Source: an uncultured virus (IMG/VR IMGVR_UViG_3300046454_000431) (Duplodnaviria; Heunggongvirae; Uroviricota; Caudoviricetes). From it: DNA of 64,000 nucleotides. Under the pieces are notes generated by a model. That model was not told the origin of the DNA and did no database searches. It saw only the letters and a list, made by a program, of their open reading frames with translations. Position 1 is the first letter of the stretch, and each line of letters starts with the position of its first letter. Where the stretch lies: the IMG/VR virus record IMGVR_UViG_3300046454_000431, one strand, 5' to 3'. Below, in pieces: positions 9,312 through 17,732 of this stretch. Made by a program: the position numbers and the translations under genes.

Positions 9312-9467
9312 ATGGATGGAGCGCGACAGGACAGGCTCACCATCGAATCAGGAGAATTTGCTGATCGGGAGGCGTTCGAAAAATGGATTAAACAGCTAAA
9401 CACCGCTGCCGCCATCCTGTGGGGGCCGGCGCCCAAGAAAACGAAAAAATCCGTGGAGCCGAAATGA
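9312..9467 (+). CDS. Small hypothetical protein (51 aa)
   Basis: GAGGA RBS; MDGARQDRLTIESGEF...VEPK; below the track length cutoff. Confidence 0.55.
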   Translation: MDGARQDRLTIESGEFADREAFEKWIKQLNTAAAILWGPAPKKTKKSVEPK

Positions 9468-9628
9468 ACGACGGCGACATGCACTGGTATCGGTATGTCC
9501 CCTGGGCGCTGGTGGAGGCCTATCAGGCGCTCGGCTGGGTGCTGGAAGGCGACATGGGGCCGGTCATGCGCGTCTACCGCGCCATCATGCGCTGGGCGGG
9601 CCAGGGCGAACCCGTGGAGCCGAAATGA
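9451..9628 (+). repeat. 17-bp direct repeat CCGTGGAGCCGAAATGA (9451-9467 and 9612-9628)
   Basis: Exact copies flanking ORF 9464..9628. Confidence 0.9.
9464..9628 (+). CDS. Small hypothetical protein
   Basis: ATGA-coupled on both sides; WYRYVPW...YQALGW. Confidence 0.6.
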   Translation: MNDGDMHWYRYVPWALVEAYQALGWVLEGDMGPVMRVYRAIMRWAGQGEPVEPK

Positions 9629-10629
9629 GATATTTGAGCGTCGCGAGCGGGATCGAGGGCGCCACGGTCGCCTGGGGGCCGCTCGGCTGGGAGCCGGTGG
9701 CCTTTGCCGAGATCAATCCGGCGGCGACCGCGATCCTGACGCGCCACTATCCAAAAGTGCCGAACTTTGGCGACATGACCCGGCTGTTCACGCCGGCGCT
9801 GGGGCCGGTCGATCTGCTTGTCGGCGGGACACCATGCCAGGCCTTTTCCGTTGCCGGCGTCCGCCGGGGCCTCGATGACGCGCGCGGCAACCTGGCCCTC
9901 GCATTTGTGGAGTTAGCGCATGAACTCGCCCGAAAAAACGGCCTCCGGAATTGCCTGTGGGAAAACGTCCCCGGCGTCCTCTCAATGCGAGACAACGCCT
10001 TTGGCTGTTTCCTGGGAGGCCTTGTCGGCGGCGACGCCATCGTTCTGCCAGGAGGCGGAAGGTGGCCCGATCAAGGTATGGCTTCCGGTCCCAGGGGACG
10101 CCTTTGCTGGCGTGTGCTCGACGCTCAACATTTCGGCCTCGCCCAACGACGCCGTCGCCTGTTCGTTGTCGTCGATTTTGGAGGTGGGGCCGATCCCGCT
10201 GCAGTTTTATTTGAGCGCGCAGGTCTGCATAAACATCCTGCGCAAGCGCAAGATGCTCCCTTTCCTGCTGTACCGGGCGCTAATACACCAGGCGCTCAGG
10301 ATGGGGAGCAACCCTTCACTCTCGCCATCAGGGGGCGCAAGGACGGCGCGCAGATAGAATGGCGGCAGGATGGCCTGGCCAATGTGCTGCTGACGCCCAG
10401 CGGGGGCCGGGCCGGCATAGGCGTCGGCGCTATTTGTGTTGACGATACATTGCGGCGGTTCACGCCGACCGAGGCCGAGCGGCTGATGGGCTTTCCTGAC
10501 GGTTATACCGGCGGCCAGGCCGATTCGGATCGATACCGGCAGCTTGGCAACTCATTTCCGATCCCCGTATTACGCTGGATCGGACGGCGCTTTGAAAATA
10601 ATTTTGAAAAAATGCAAAAAGGTGTTTGA
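9625..10629 (+). CDS. C5-cytosine DNA methyltransferase
   Basis: SGIEG, GGTPCQAFS, WENVPG, AQRRRR, ERLMGFP and LGNS motifs. Confidence 0.92.
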   Translation: MRYLSVASGIEGATVAWGPLGWEPVAFAEINPAATAILTRHYPKVPNFGDMTRLFTPALGPVDLLVGGTPCQAFSVAGVRRGLDDARGNLALAFVELAHELARKNGLRNCLWENVPGVLSMRDNAFGCFLGGLVGGDAIVLPGGGRWPDQGMASGPRGRLCWRVLDAQHFGLAQRRRRLFVVVDFGGGADPAAVLFERAGLHKHPAQAQDAPFPAVPGANTPGAQDGEQPFTLAIRGRKDGAQIEWRQDGLANVLLTPSGGRAGIGVGAICVDDTLRRFTPTEAERLMGFPDGYTGGQADSDRYRQLGNSFPIPVLRWIGRRFENNFEKMQKGV

Positions 10630-10665
10630 CAACCGAACACGCCATGTCCTATAAGGGGTCATCAG
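10626..10665 (+). promoter_or_regulatory. Early promoter, copy 1
   Basis: A/T-rich UP region then TTGACA-N18-TATAAG-GGGTCATCA. Confidence 0.8.
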
Positions 10666-10707
10666 CGGACGGGAATTGACCCGCCGCTCTCTCCAGGGGC
10701 CAAGACC

Positions 10708-11013
10708 ATGAACCACACTCTCGCTGATCGTTACCAGGCCGCCAAGGCCGTCGCCGCCAAGGCCGATGCCGAGGTCAAGGCGCTCCACGCCGAACTGCTC
10801 GCTCTGGGCCAGCCGGTGGTCGAGGGCCAGCGTTGCACGATCAAGATCGCGGACGCTCCCAAGGACAGCCTGACCAAGGAAATGCTCGTCGGTGAGTTCG
10901 GCCTCGACTGGTACAAGGCTCGCGCCAAGACCATCGAAGGCAAGCGCGTCACCATCATCGCCAAGGCCATGCAGACCTTGGTCGTCAAGGCGCTGGAGGA
11001 AATCAGCGCCTGA
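10708..11013 (+). CDS. Early hypothetical protein
   Basis: First gene after the promoter; AGGGG RBS. Confidence 0.7.
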   Translation: MNHTLADRYQAAKAVAAKADAEVKALHAELLALGQPVVEGQRCTIKIADAPKDSLTKEMLVGEFGLDWYKARAKTIEGKRVTIIAKAMQTLVVKALEEISA

Positions 11014-11087
11014 TTGAAGTCTCAGTGCGGTGGGGGTTTAGGCGCCCCCATTTCGCGGACACTTTCGTCCGACCAAGAGGAACACGC

Positions 11088-11228
11088 ATGAAAAAGTTCT
11101 ACATTCCCGGCCTTCTGCTCGCCATCATCATCGTCGGCGGCATCGTCGCCAAGGCCCACGCTGGAACCTGCACCACGACCTGCAACACCTACGGCAACCA
11201 GCGGTACTGCAACACCACCTGTTACTAA
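11088..11228 (+). CDS. Secreted four-Cys peptide (46-aa precursor)
   Basis: GAGG RBS; signal peptide ending AHA; mature GTCTTTCNTYGNQRYCNTTCY. Confidence 0.7.
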   Translation: MKKFYIPGLLLAIIIVGGIVAKAHAGTCTTTCNTYGNQRYCNTTCY

Positions 11229-11362
11229 ACACAGCTTCGGTTCAATAGCCCTGGGGTCGCCCCCGGAGATGCGTCCTGCGCGTCGGCTGTGTTTTCTGTC
11301 CCTCTGGACCTGCCCCCTTGAGAAAGGGGCAGACCCGGAAGATCCGAAAAAGGAAAAAATCA

Positions 11363-11692
11363 ATGTCCGTCTTTGAAGTCGCCCTTTACGAAATCACTCA
11401 GAGCGTTCGCCACCTGAAGCGCAGCGCCAAGGAAAAGAACCAGGTCAAGTTTGACAGCAACGCCGCCTACCTGCGCGGTTTGGTTGAGGCGCTGATCAGC
11501 CAGCAGGCCAAAGCTTTCGAGGCCCCCGTCCTGCCGCTCTACGCGGTGCGGCTCTACAGCAAGATCACCAAGACCGAGGCGTCGTTCGACGTGCGGGCCA
11601 GCAGCGAACTGGCGGCGGTTCGCGCCCTCGTCAACCGTGGTTTCCACAACAAGGACCACATCGTGCGCGGCGTCGATCTGGTGCGGGCATGA
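11363..11692 (+). CDS. Early hypothetical protein
   Basis: AAGGA RBS; coupled to the next gene. Confidence 0.65.
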   Translation: MSVFEVALYEITQSVRHLKRSAKEKNQVKFDSNAAYLRGLVEALISQQAKAFEAPVLPLYAVRLYSKITKTEASFDVRASSELAAVRALVNRGFHNKDHIVRGVDLVRA

Positions 11693-11892
11693 AAGCGAAG
11701 CTTGACGTCTCCGTCGAAGACCACGGCTCGCTGTGGCTCTTTCGACCCATCACCGAGGACGCCAAGACCTGGATCGACGACAACGTCGAGGACGCGGCGC
11801 TATGGTTCGGCGGCGCCCTCGCCGTCGAGGCCCGGTTCGTCCAGGCCCTGATCGAGGGCATGCTGGCCGACGGCCTGGAGGTGGGCAGATGA
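11689..11892 (+). CDS. Small conserved-type phage protein (DHGSLWLFRP...AKTWIDDNV)
   Basis: ATGA coupling. Confidence 0.65.
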   Translation: MKAKLDVSVEDHGSLWLFRPITEDAKTWIDDNVEDAALWFGGALAVEARFVQALIEGMLADGLEVGR

Positions 11893-12074
11893 AGCGCGCC
11901 ACATGGGTGAACGGCAAGCGCCGCGTCACCGGCGAGTGGCGATACCACTGGAGCAGCGACACGTTCGTGATTGTGCTCGACGGACGCAATCGCCTGACGG
12001 GGCGTCCAAACGTGATCTACGCCAAGGGCGAAGAGCCTGAATGGGGCAACTGGAAAAGAGAGGCGGAACGATGA
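11889..12074 (+). CDS. Small hypothetical protein
   Basis: GGAGG RBS; ATGA coupling. Confidence 0.6.
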   Translation: MKRATWVNGKRRVTGEWRYHWSSDTFVIVLDGRNRLTGRPNVIYAKGEEPEWGNWKREAER

Positions 12075-12268
12075 ACATTGAGCAGCGCCGAATCCTGGCC
12101 CACCTGCCCAACAATGTCACGGTCGAAGAGTGGCCGGAACAGACCTATTGGCGCTGGATCGTGGCCCGCGCCTATACCAAAGGCGCCCGCGAGGTGAAGG
12201 CATACACCACCAAGGCCAGCGCAATGCGCGGCGGCCAGCGTTTGAGCAAACACCGGAAGGGGATCTAA
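12071..12268 (+). CDS. Small hypothetical protein
   Basis: GAGG RBS; ATGA coupling. Confidence 0.6.
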   Translation: MNIEQRRILAHLPNNVTVEEWPEQTYWRWIVARAYTKGAREVKAYTTKASAMRGGQRLSKHRKGI

Positions 12269-12271
12269 AGC

Positions 12272-12499
12272 ATGACGACGAAGGAAATGAGCGAAATGGG
12301 CTTGACCGATATCCCGCTCACTGCGGACGAGGTTCGCACCGCCATCCTGGCGCTGCACGAAGCGGAGGAAATTTACCTCCGTCGCGCCGCGCGCTACAGG
12401 GAGGCCGGATTCTCGGCCAACCATGCCGACTGCCTCAAGCGGGCCGGCAAGGCCCAGGCGCTGGCCAACTGGGTCGCCCACCACGCCGACGCGGAGTGA
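12272..12499 (+). CDS. Small hypothetical protein
   Basis: Operon position and RBS. Confidence 0.6.
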   Translation: MTTKEMSEMGLTDIPLTADEVRTAILALHEAEEIYLRRAARYREAGFSANHADCLKRAGKAQALANWVAHHADAE

Positions 12500-12687
12500 T
12501 GGCCATGCGCAAGTTTGAAGTTACGGTCCTGGTGACCAGGGAAGGGGCGCTGCGCCCTTTCCGCGTCCATTATCTCACGATGGCCCACACTTTCGAGCAG
12601 GCGCGCCAGAAGGTCGCTGCCCAGGCTCTGAAGCATAAAACCCACCAGTTCATCCGCGTCGTCGATGCAAGGAAACCCGAAGCATGA
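12499..12687 (+). CDS. Small hypothetical protein
   Basis: TGATG coupling and GGAG RBS (3' part of track ORF 12130). Confidence 0.55.
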   Translation: MAMRKFEVTVLVTREGALRPFRVHYLTMAHTFEQARQKVAAQALKHKTHQFIRVVDARKPEA

Positions 12688-12992
12688 AGCGTCGCTATCT
12701 GACGAAGACCCAAAAGGCCGTGCTCAAGAGCATGGCCGACAACGGCGGGCGCGCGGTGATCGCCACTGGCACCCGGTGGAGCACCTTCAGCCCCGGCAGG
12801 TGCTGCATCTTCGGGCAAGGAATGCACTGCCTGCTTCACAATCGCTGGATCACCAGCCGTGGCGAAAACCAAATCGGATTTTACGCCTGGACGACCGAAG
12901 GCCGGCTGGCGCACGAGCGCGGCTGGTTCATCCCGCAACTCTATTCCTCGCCCCACTGGGCTGATGAAAAACCCTTGCCCGACGAATCTTGA
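12684..12992 (+). CDS. Hypothetical protein, possible winged helix
   Basis: LTKTQKAVLKSM...WTTEGR. Confidence 0.55.
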   Translation: MKRRYLTKTQKAVLKSMADNGGRAVIATGTRWSTFSPGRCCIFGQGMHCLLHNRWITSRGENQIGFYAWTTEGRLAHERGWFIPQLYSSPHWADEKPLPDES

Positions 12993-13011
12993 ACTTTTTT
13001 CGAAAAGGCTG

Positions 13012-13050
13012 TTGACACCCGATCACGTTGTGTCCTATAAAGGGTCATCA
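13012..13050 (+). promoter_or_regulatory. Early promoter, copy 2
   Basis: TTGACA-N18-TATAAA-GGGTCATCA. Confidence 0.8.
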
Positions 13051-13070
13051 ACAACGACGAGGCGCACAAA

Positions 13071-13223
13071 ATGTTCGGTTACTTCTACGGAAACGTCCTC
13101 ATCATCGCGAAGACCCCTTACGGAGGTAAGGATTTTCGGGACGGCGAGCAGATCATCTGCTGGAGCAAGCGCGAAGCCCGCAAGATCTGCAAGGCTCGCG
13201 GCATCAAGCCCTGGAATTTCTAA
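13071..13223 (+). CDS. 50-aa early protein (MFGYFYGN...GIKPWNF)
   Basis: Directly after the promoter, GAGG RBS, followed by a GGGGGC-GAAA-GCCCCC hairpin; not in the ORF track. Confidence 0.7.
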   Translation: MFGYFYGNVLIIAKTPYGGKDFRDGEQIICWSKREARKICKARGIKPWNF

Positions 13224-13273
13224 CCGGGGGCGAAAGCCCCCGCCTGCCCCCCACCCAAACGGGATTTCCTGCT

Positions 13274-13588
13274 ATGTCCAAGATCTACCTCCCCATTTCC
13301 AAAGGCCCCTACCTCAAGAAAGAGGGCAACTGGGTTCGCGAGAACCCGCTCTGCGACCTGACCTTCGACGCCCTGCTCAAGGATCTGGTCGATGGTCAGT
13401 ATGACGACGAGATCGTCTCGATCATCGAGATCGACCTGGTCGCCGGCACCTCGAAAGAGGTGATCGACGAGTTCGCGGACGCGGTCTACGCCAAGGTCGA
13501 GGCCGACTGGCGCCCGATTGGCGCGGACCTGGCCGAATGGCTGGCTGATCGCGGGTTCCAGGTGTCTCAGAGCGGGGGAGAACGCTGA
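13274..13588 (+). CDS. Acidic hypothetical protein
   Basis: Operon position; D/E-rich. Confidence 0.65.
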   Translation: MSKIYLPISKGPYLKKEGNWVRENPLCDLTFDALLKDLVDGQYDDEIVSIIEIDLVAGTSKEVIDEFADAVYAKVEADWRPIGADLAEWLADRGFQVSQSGGER

Positions 13589-13684
13589 TGAGCGCCTTCT
13601 GGAAAGACGCCATCCTGGTCGCCCTCGCGACCCTCGCCATCCTGGGCTATGTGAACCTGGTTGAAAATTTTTTCTGAAATCAGG

Positions 13685-13724
13685 TTGACAGGCGAACACG
13701 GTGTGTCCTATAAGGGGACATCAG
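13685..13724 (+). promoter_or_regulatory. Early promoter, copy 3
   Basis: TTGACA-N18-TATAAG-GGGACATCA. Confidence 0.8.
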
Positions 13725-13740
13725 CAACGAGGACACACCG

Positions 13741-14175
13741 ATGAAACTCTCCACCGCCCGCCTCACAGACATCGCCGCGATCAACAAGTTCCTGTTCGCC
13801 GGCAACGCCACTTTCACCCTGGTGTCGGCCAAGACCGGCGCTCGCTACACCTTCAAGGCGCGTCACTGCGGCGACGAAGGCAAGGATCTGTTTTTCGTGT
13901 CGGTCCTGACCGGCGCCGACAACGAGGCCTCCTACACCTACCTGGGCCAGTTCGTCGGCATGCGCGGGTTCCAGCATGGCCGCAAATCGACGATCAGCGC
14001 CGAGGCGCCGTCGGCCAAGGCCCTGGCCTGGTTCTCCAAGTTCCTGAACACCGCGAGCCTGCCCGATGTGGTCGAGTTCTGGCACGAGGGCAAGTGCTGC
14101 CGCTGCGGTCGCAAATTGACCGTCCCCGCTTCCATCGCTTCCGGCATTGGTCCGGAATGCGCCACCAAGATCTGA
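13741..14175 (+). CDS. DUF6011-like Zn-ribbon protein
   Basis: C-terminal CCRCGRKLTVPASIASGIGPEC. Confidence 0.75.
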   Translation: MKLSTARLTDIAAINKFLFAGNATFTLVSAKTGARYTFKARHCGDEGKDLFFVSVLTGADNEASYTYLGQFVGMRGFQHGRKSTISAEAPSAKALAWFSKFLNTASLPDVVEFWHEGKCCRCGRKLTVPASIASGIGPECATKI

Positions 14176-14186
14176 GGATTTCTCTG

Positions 14187-15119
14187 ATGAAAAAGCTTGC
14201 TCTCCTGGCTTCCCTGCTGTGCTCCGTCTCGGCCCAGGCCGCCGAATACAAGATCGTCAACATGCCGAGCGGCGACATCCTCGCCGTCGAGGGCGACATC
14301 AATTATGGCGAAGAAACGGTTTTCGAGGCCCGCCTGGCCGATATCGCCAAGGCCGGCCACACCGTCACCGGGATCGGCCTCAACTCGCCTGGCGGCAACG
14401 TCTACACCGCCGAGGCCATGGCGATCATTGTCGCCAAGCAGGGCTACACCGTCATGGTCGCCAATGGCGATATGTGCGCCTCGTCCTGCTTTCTGATCCT
14501 GGCCGCCGGCAAGGAAAAGCTGGTCATGGCCGACGCTAAGATCGGCGTCCATGGGGCCAGCATGAACGGCAAAGAGGACACCAGCGCCGCCAAGGTCACG
14601 CTCTTGATGATCGCGGATCTGAAAGAGTACGGCGTCCCGCCGGCGATCCTGGGCAAGCTGGCGATGACCGGCAACAGCGAGGTGTCCTGGCTCGATAGCG
14701 CGGACCTGCGCAGCATGGGCGTCGATATCGTGCCGGTCAAACCCAAGGCGGCTGCGGCGCCCGCGTCCATGCCCAGGCCTTCTGCTGCGCCGCCGGCGCC
14801 GGCCAGCAATACGATCAACTGGTCTGGCTCCTGGGGCGACTACGTCGATCAGGCCGCTCGCTGGTCGAAAGAGAGCTACGGCAAGCTGAACCTGTCGCGG
14901 GTCATGCATAACGACGGCTCTTACCTGTTGAGCATCAGCTATGTGTCGAACACCAAGAAGCGGGTCGAGCTTGTGGAGAACCACACCACCGGCGCTGAGA
15001 AGGAATTTGACGCCTGGACCTGCGTCCACTACTCGGACGCACTCAAGAAGTGCCGTGGCTGGGGCATTCAGCAATGGGACACCTACAACAAGATCAACGC
15101 AAGATGGGTGAAGCAATGA
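14187..15119 (+). CDS. Exported ClpP/crotonase-fold protein
   Basis: Signal peptide (AQA); LNSPGG, CASSC and IGVH motifs; Pro/Ala linker and a second domain. Confidence 0.75.
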   Translation: MKKLALLASLLCSVSAQAAEYKIVNMPSGDILAVEGDINYGEETVFEARLADIAKAGHTVTGIGLNSPGGNVYTAEAMAIIVAKQGYTVMVANGDMCASSCFLILAAGKEKLVMADAKIGVHGASMNGKEDTSAAKVTLLMIADLKEYGVPPAILGKLAMTGNSEVSWLDSADLRSMGVDIVPVKPKAAAAPASMPRPSAAPPAPASNTINWSGSWGDYVDQAARWSKESYGKLNLSRVMHNDGSYLLSISYVSNTKKRVELVENHTTGAEKEFDAWTCVHYSDALKKCRGWGIQQWDTYNKINARWVKQ

Positions 15120-15195
15120 TGCAGACTATGTGGATGCTTATCGTGGGATTCGCGATTATCTATATGGTGATCGCGGCGGTATTTAGGAGGTAAAA

Positions 15196-15399
15196 ATGAA
15201 AACACACCCGTCAATTACTATTGACCGCCTCTTGGATGCGGTCGAGCGCCGCGATCATTGCCTGGACAATCCGGGCTTCTGCATCGCATGCGGCGGCGAG
15301 CAGGATGGCTGCGAACCGGACGCCAGGAAATACGTCTGCGAGGCCTGCGGCAAGCGGGCGGTGTACGGCGCCGAGGAGATCCTGCAATGCATTTCATGA
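15196..15399 (+). CDS. Zn-ribbon phage protein
   Basis: GFCIACG...CEPDA...CEACG; AGGAGG RBS. Confidence 0.75.
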   Translation: MKTHPSITIDRLLDAVERRDHCLDNPGFCIACGGEQDGCEPDARKYVCEACGKRAVYGAEEILQCIS

Positions 15400-15508
15400 T
15401 CGGATTCGGGATTTTCGTGCTGTGCTGGGGCCTGTTCCCGCGCGTCATGGGCTGGATCACCCTGCTGGCTGTCGTCGCTCTCGTCTTGACCATTGGAGGG
15501 TCGCACCA

Positions 15509-15715
15509 ATGAACTGGAAACCGGAGGTTAAAATCAGCGGAAACTGGGAGCACAATCGCCTGGTGTTCGCGACCAAGGAAGAGGCCGAAATCAGCGCGCA
15601 TAGCCTGTTCATGCGCTGGACCCTGGCCGAGGATCACCGGGCCGTCGAGAGCAGCGACCCGGTCAACTACGTCATCATCGACGGCGAAATGTCGCCGGTC
15701 AGGGAGGGGGCTTGA
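15509..15715 (+). CDS. Small hypothetical protein
   Basis: GGAGG RBS; MNWKPEV. Confidence 0.6.
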   Translation: MNWKPEVKISGNWEHNRLVFATKEEAEISAHSLFMRWTLAEDHRAVESSDPVNYVIIDGEMSPVREGA

Positions 15716-15815
15716 CCCTCGCCTTTATCATCATTCTCCTGGCGGCCAGCGCGCCCAAAACCATGCTGGCCGGCTTAATTGCAACCCTCATCACCCTGAA
15801 CTGGACGAGAACCCA

Positions 15816-16091
15816 ATGAACAACAGACCCGAATTTCCCTTTCCGCCCATGCTCTACGGCAATGTCGAAGGGATGGAAGAGCCAATCATTACCGCCGCAG
15901 TCGATGTGGGCGAGGATCTGAGCTTTCTGCCGCCCGACGCCATAATCAACGTCGGCATGCTGCTGATCGTCATGGGCGTCAATGGCATGGACGCCTGCCC
16001 CGACCCGATTGCGACGCTCAACAAGGTGCGGGATTGCGCCTTTGCTTCGCTGGAAAACCTGCGCAAATACACCCAAGAGAGGACAAACTGA
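15816..16091 (+). CDS. Hypothetical protein, paralog A
   Basis: Shares YGN, PP, GMLLIV and DCA..SL.N motifs with the next gene. Confidence 0.7.
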   Translation: MNNRPEFPFPPMLYGNVEGMEEPIITAAVDVGEDLSFLPPDAIINVGMLLIVMGVNGMDACPDPIATLNKVRDCAFASLENLRKYTQERTN

Positions 16092-16372
16092 TGAGCACGG
16101 AAATGAACTTCGACAGGCATGCGCCGACTTTTTACGGCAATATCAGCATGCTCGAGAAACTCACGCTCGGCATGATGCTGACGCGGCTGCTGAAGGGCGA
16201 CCTGGCGCTGGCGCCGCCAAAGTTCCTGCTGAACCTTGGCATGCTGCTGATCGTCTCGGCCATGCAGCGCATGAAGACCGACAAGCCCGACGCCATCATG
16301 GCCGACATTTCCGACTGCGCCGTGCGCTCCCTGTCCAACATGCGAGCCTGGATGCATGACAATGAAATGTAA
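16091..16372 (+). CDS. Hypothetical protein, paralog B
   Basis: TGATG coupling and GAGG RBS. Confidence 0.7.
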   Translation: MSTEMNFDRHAPTFYGNISMLEKLTLGMMLTRLLKGDLALAPPKFLLNLGMLLIVSAMQRMKTDKPDAIMADISDCAVRSLSNMRAWMHDNEM

Positions 16373-16562
16373 TCAGTGCCGGTTCTACGATCCGCTCTCC
16401 AAGCCGTGGGAGTGGCGCGGCTCCTGCAACATCAAGCTGCCGCCTGGCGCTATTATGGACGCCAACGGGGGCTATATTCCCGACAGGTTCACGCGCGGCG
16501 ATTCGGGCTGCGATCTGGGCCAGCCGATTGAAGAAAAGGAGGAAACAGCCGATGACGCCTGA
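16356..16562 (+). CDS. Cys-rich small protein
   Basis: CNQCRFY...GSC...GCD. Confidence 0.6.
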   Translation: MTMKCNQCRFYDPLSKPWEWRGSCNIKLPPGAIMDANGGYIPDRFTRGDSGCDLGQPIEEKEETADDA

Positions 16563-16779
16563 AATGTTGGAAACCGTGGGCCAGAACCTGTTCGGCGCTC
16601 ATTGGATCGGGGAACTGGCCGCGCGCTTGAACGTGGCGCCGCGTACGGTTCGGCGCTGGGCCAGGGGTGAGTTCGCCATGCCAAAGGACGCCCAGGAGGC
16701 TCTGGGGGTGATCGCGCAGGAGCGGGTCCGGGAGGCGGCGCGCGCTTTGGAGGGGTTGCTTGGCGCTGGACAGAATTGA
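16552..16779 (+). CDS. Cro/XRE-like HTH protein
   Basis: LAARLNVAPRTVRRWARG; AGGAGG RBS. Confidence 0.8.
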   Translation: MTPEMLETVGQNLFGAHWIGELAARLNVAPRTVRRWARGEFAMPKDAQEALGVIAQERVREAARALEGLLGAGQN

Positions 16780-16983
16780 AATCCGGGCCTAAGTTGGACG
16801 CCCCAAATAAACAAGACCCCGGCCTTGCGGCTGGGGCCTTGGTCTGCACTACCACCGGGAGAACGGACGACGGGACGACAGGAGAATAGTCAGTGGACGC
16901 TGACTTGACAGCAATTTAGGCTCCCCCGTCATCATTGTCAACGAACAGCCTTGCATTTTGCAGGGGCGGGAGAGCTTTGCGCG

Positions 16984-17637
16984 ATGGCTGACTATGATGT
17001 TGAAAAGATCAAGAAAATTATCGCCATGCTGTCGAGCGAACACGATGGCGAGGCTGCTGCGGCTGCAAGAATGCTTTGCATTCACGCAAAAAAGCAGGGC
17101 CACAACGTCACAGAAATGATGGCGGCGGTTTTTGGCGGGGGCGGCGGCGGCATGCTGCAGTATAGGCTCGACGCCGCCTTGCACATGGTCGAGGTCGCCA
17201 AAGAGGCGGTCGCGGTGGCGCTGGCTAAGGCCGAAGAAGAGAAGGCCAAGCGCATCGCGCTGGAGCGCCATCGAGACGCAGGCTTTACGGCAACGTCGGC
17301 GCCGCGCCCGCAGCAAGAGGATCGATCCGCCTTCTGGAACGCAGCAGCCAACGCACGGGCGTCGAGCAATCCCGATCCCTGGGCTTGGGGAGCGCCGCCG
17401 TGGGGGGCCAAGCCCTCGCCCCCACCGCCGCCCTGGATGGACATCCTGCGCGATATGTTCGACCGGCACGGCGTGTCCATGCTGACGCAATGGGAGCAAA
17501 ATTTTGTCGTTGACCTGATCGACCGAGGCATCCGCCATCCGAGCGAAAAGCAAGAGGCGGTGATTGTCAGGATCGTGGCGAAATACCGCACATGGGAAGA
17601 CACTGGAAATTGTGGTTTTCACAGCGTCGGGCGATAG
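16984..17637 (+). CDS. Hypothetical protein upstream of the primase gene
   Basis: KIIAMLSSEHDGEAAAA N-terminus and LTQWEQNFV...SEKQ C-terminus, both common in alphaproteobacterial phage replication regions. Confidence 0.7.
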   Translation: MADYDVEKIKKIIAMLSSEHDGEAAAAARMLCIHAKKQGHNVTEMMAAVFGGGGGGMLQYRLDAALHMVEVAKEAVAVALAKAEEEKAKRIALERHRDAGFTATSAPRPQQEDRSAFWNAAANARASSNPDPWAWGAPPWGAKPSPPPPPWMDILRDMFDRHGVSMLTQWEQNFVVDLIDRGIRHPSEKQEAVIVRIVAKYRTWEDTGNCGFHSVGR

Positions 17638-17643
17638 ACAAAG

Positions 17644-17676
17644 AAACGGGGGCTTGCGCCCCCGTTTGCAGTTTTT
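17644..17676 (+). terminator. Hairpin terminator
   Basis: AAACGGGGGC-TTGC-GCCCCCGTTT followed by a T-rich run. Confidence 0.6.
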
Positions 17677-17732
17677 GCCCAAACAACACACCCAAAAGGC
17701 AGACCCGAACGATGGAAAAGGGACCGACTTAG

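Noticed and set aside
11227..11300. tRNA gene
   Set aside because: It is a multi-stem structure but lacks a correctly placed T-loop (GTTCRA) and a canonical acceptor end.
13701..14186. N-terminal extension of track ORF 13701..15119
   Set aside because: It overlaps the promoter and the DUF6011-like gene; the real start is 14187, with an RBS and signal peptide.
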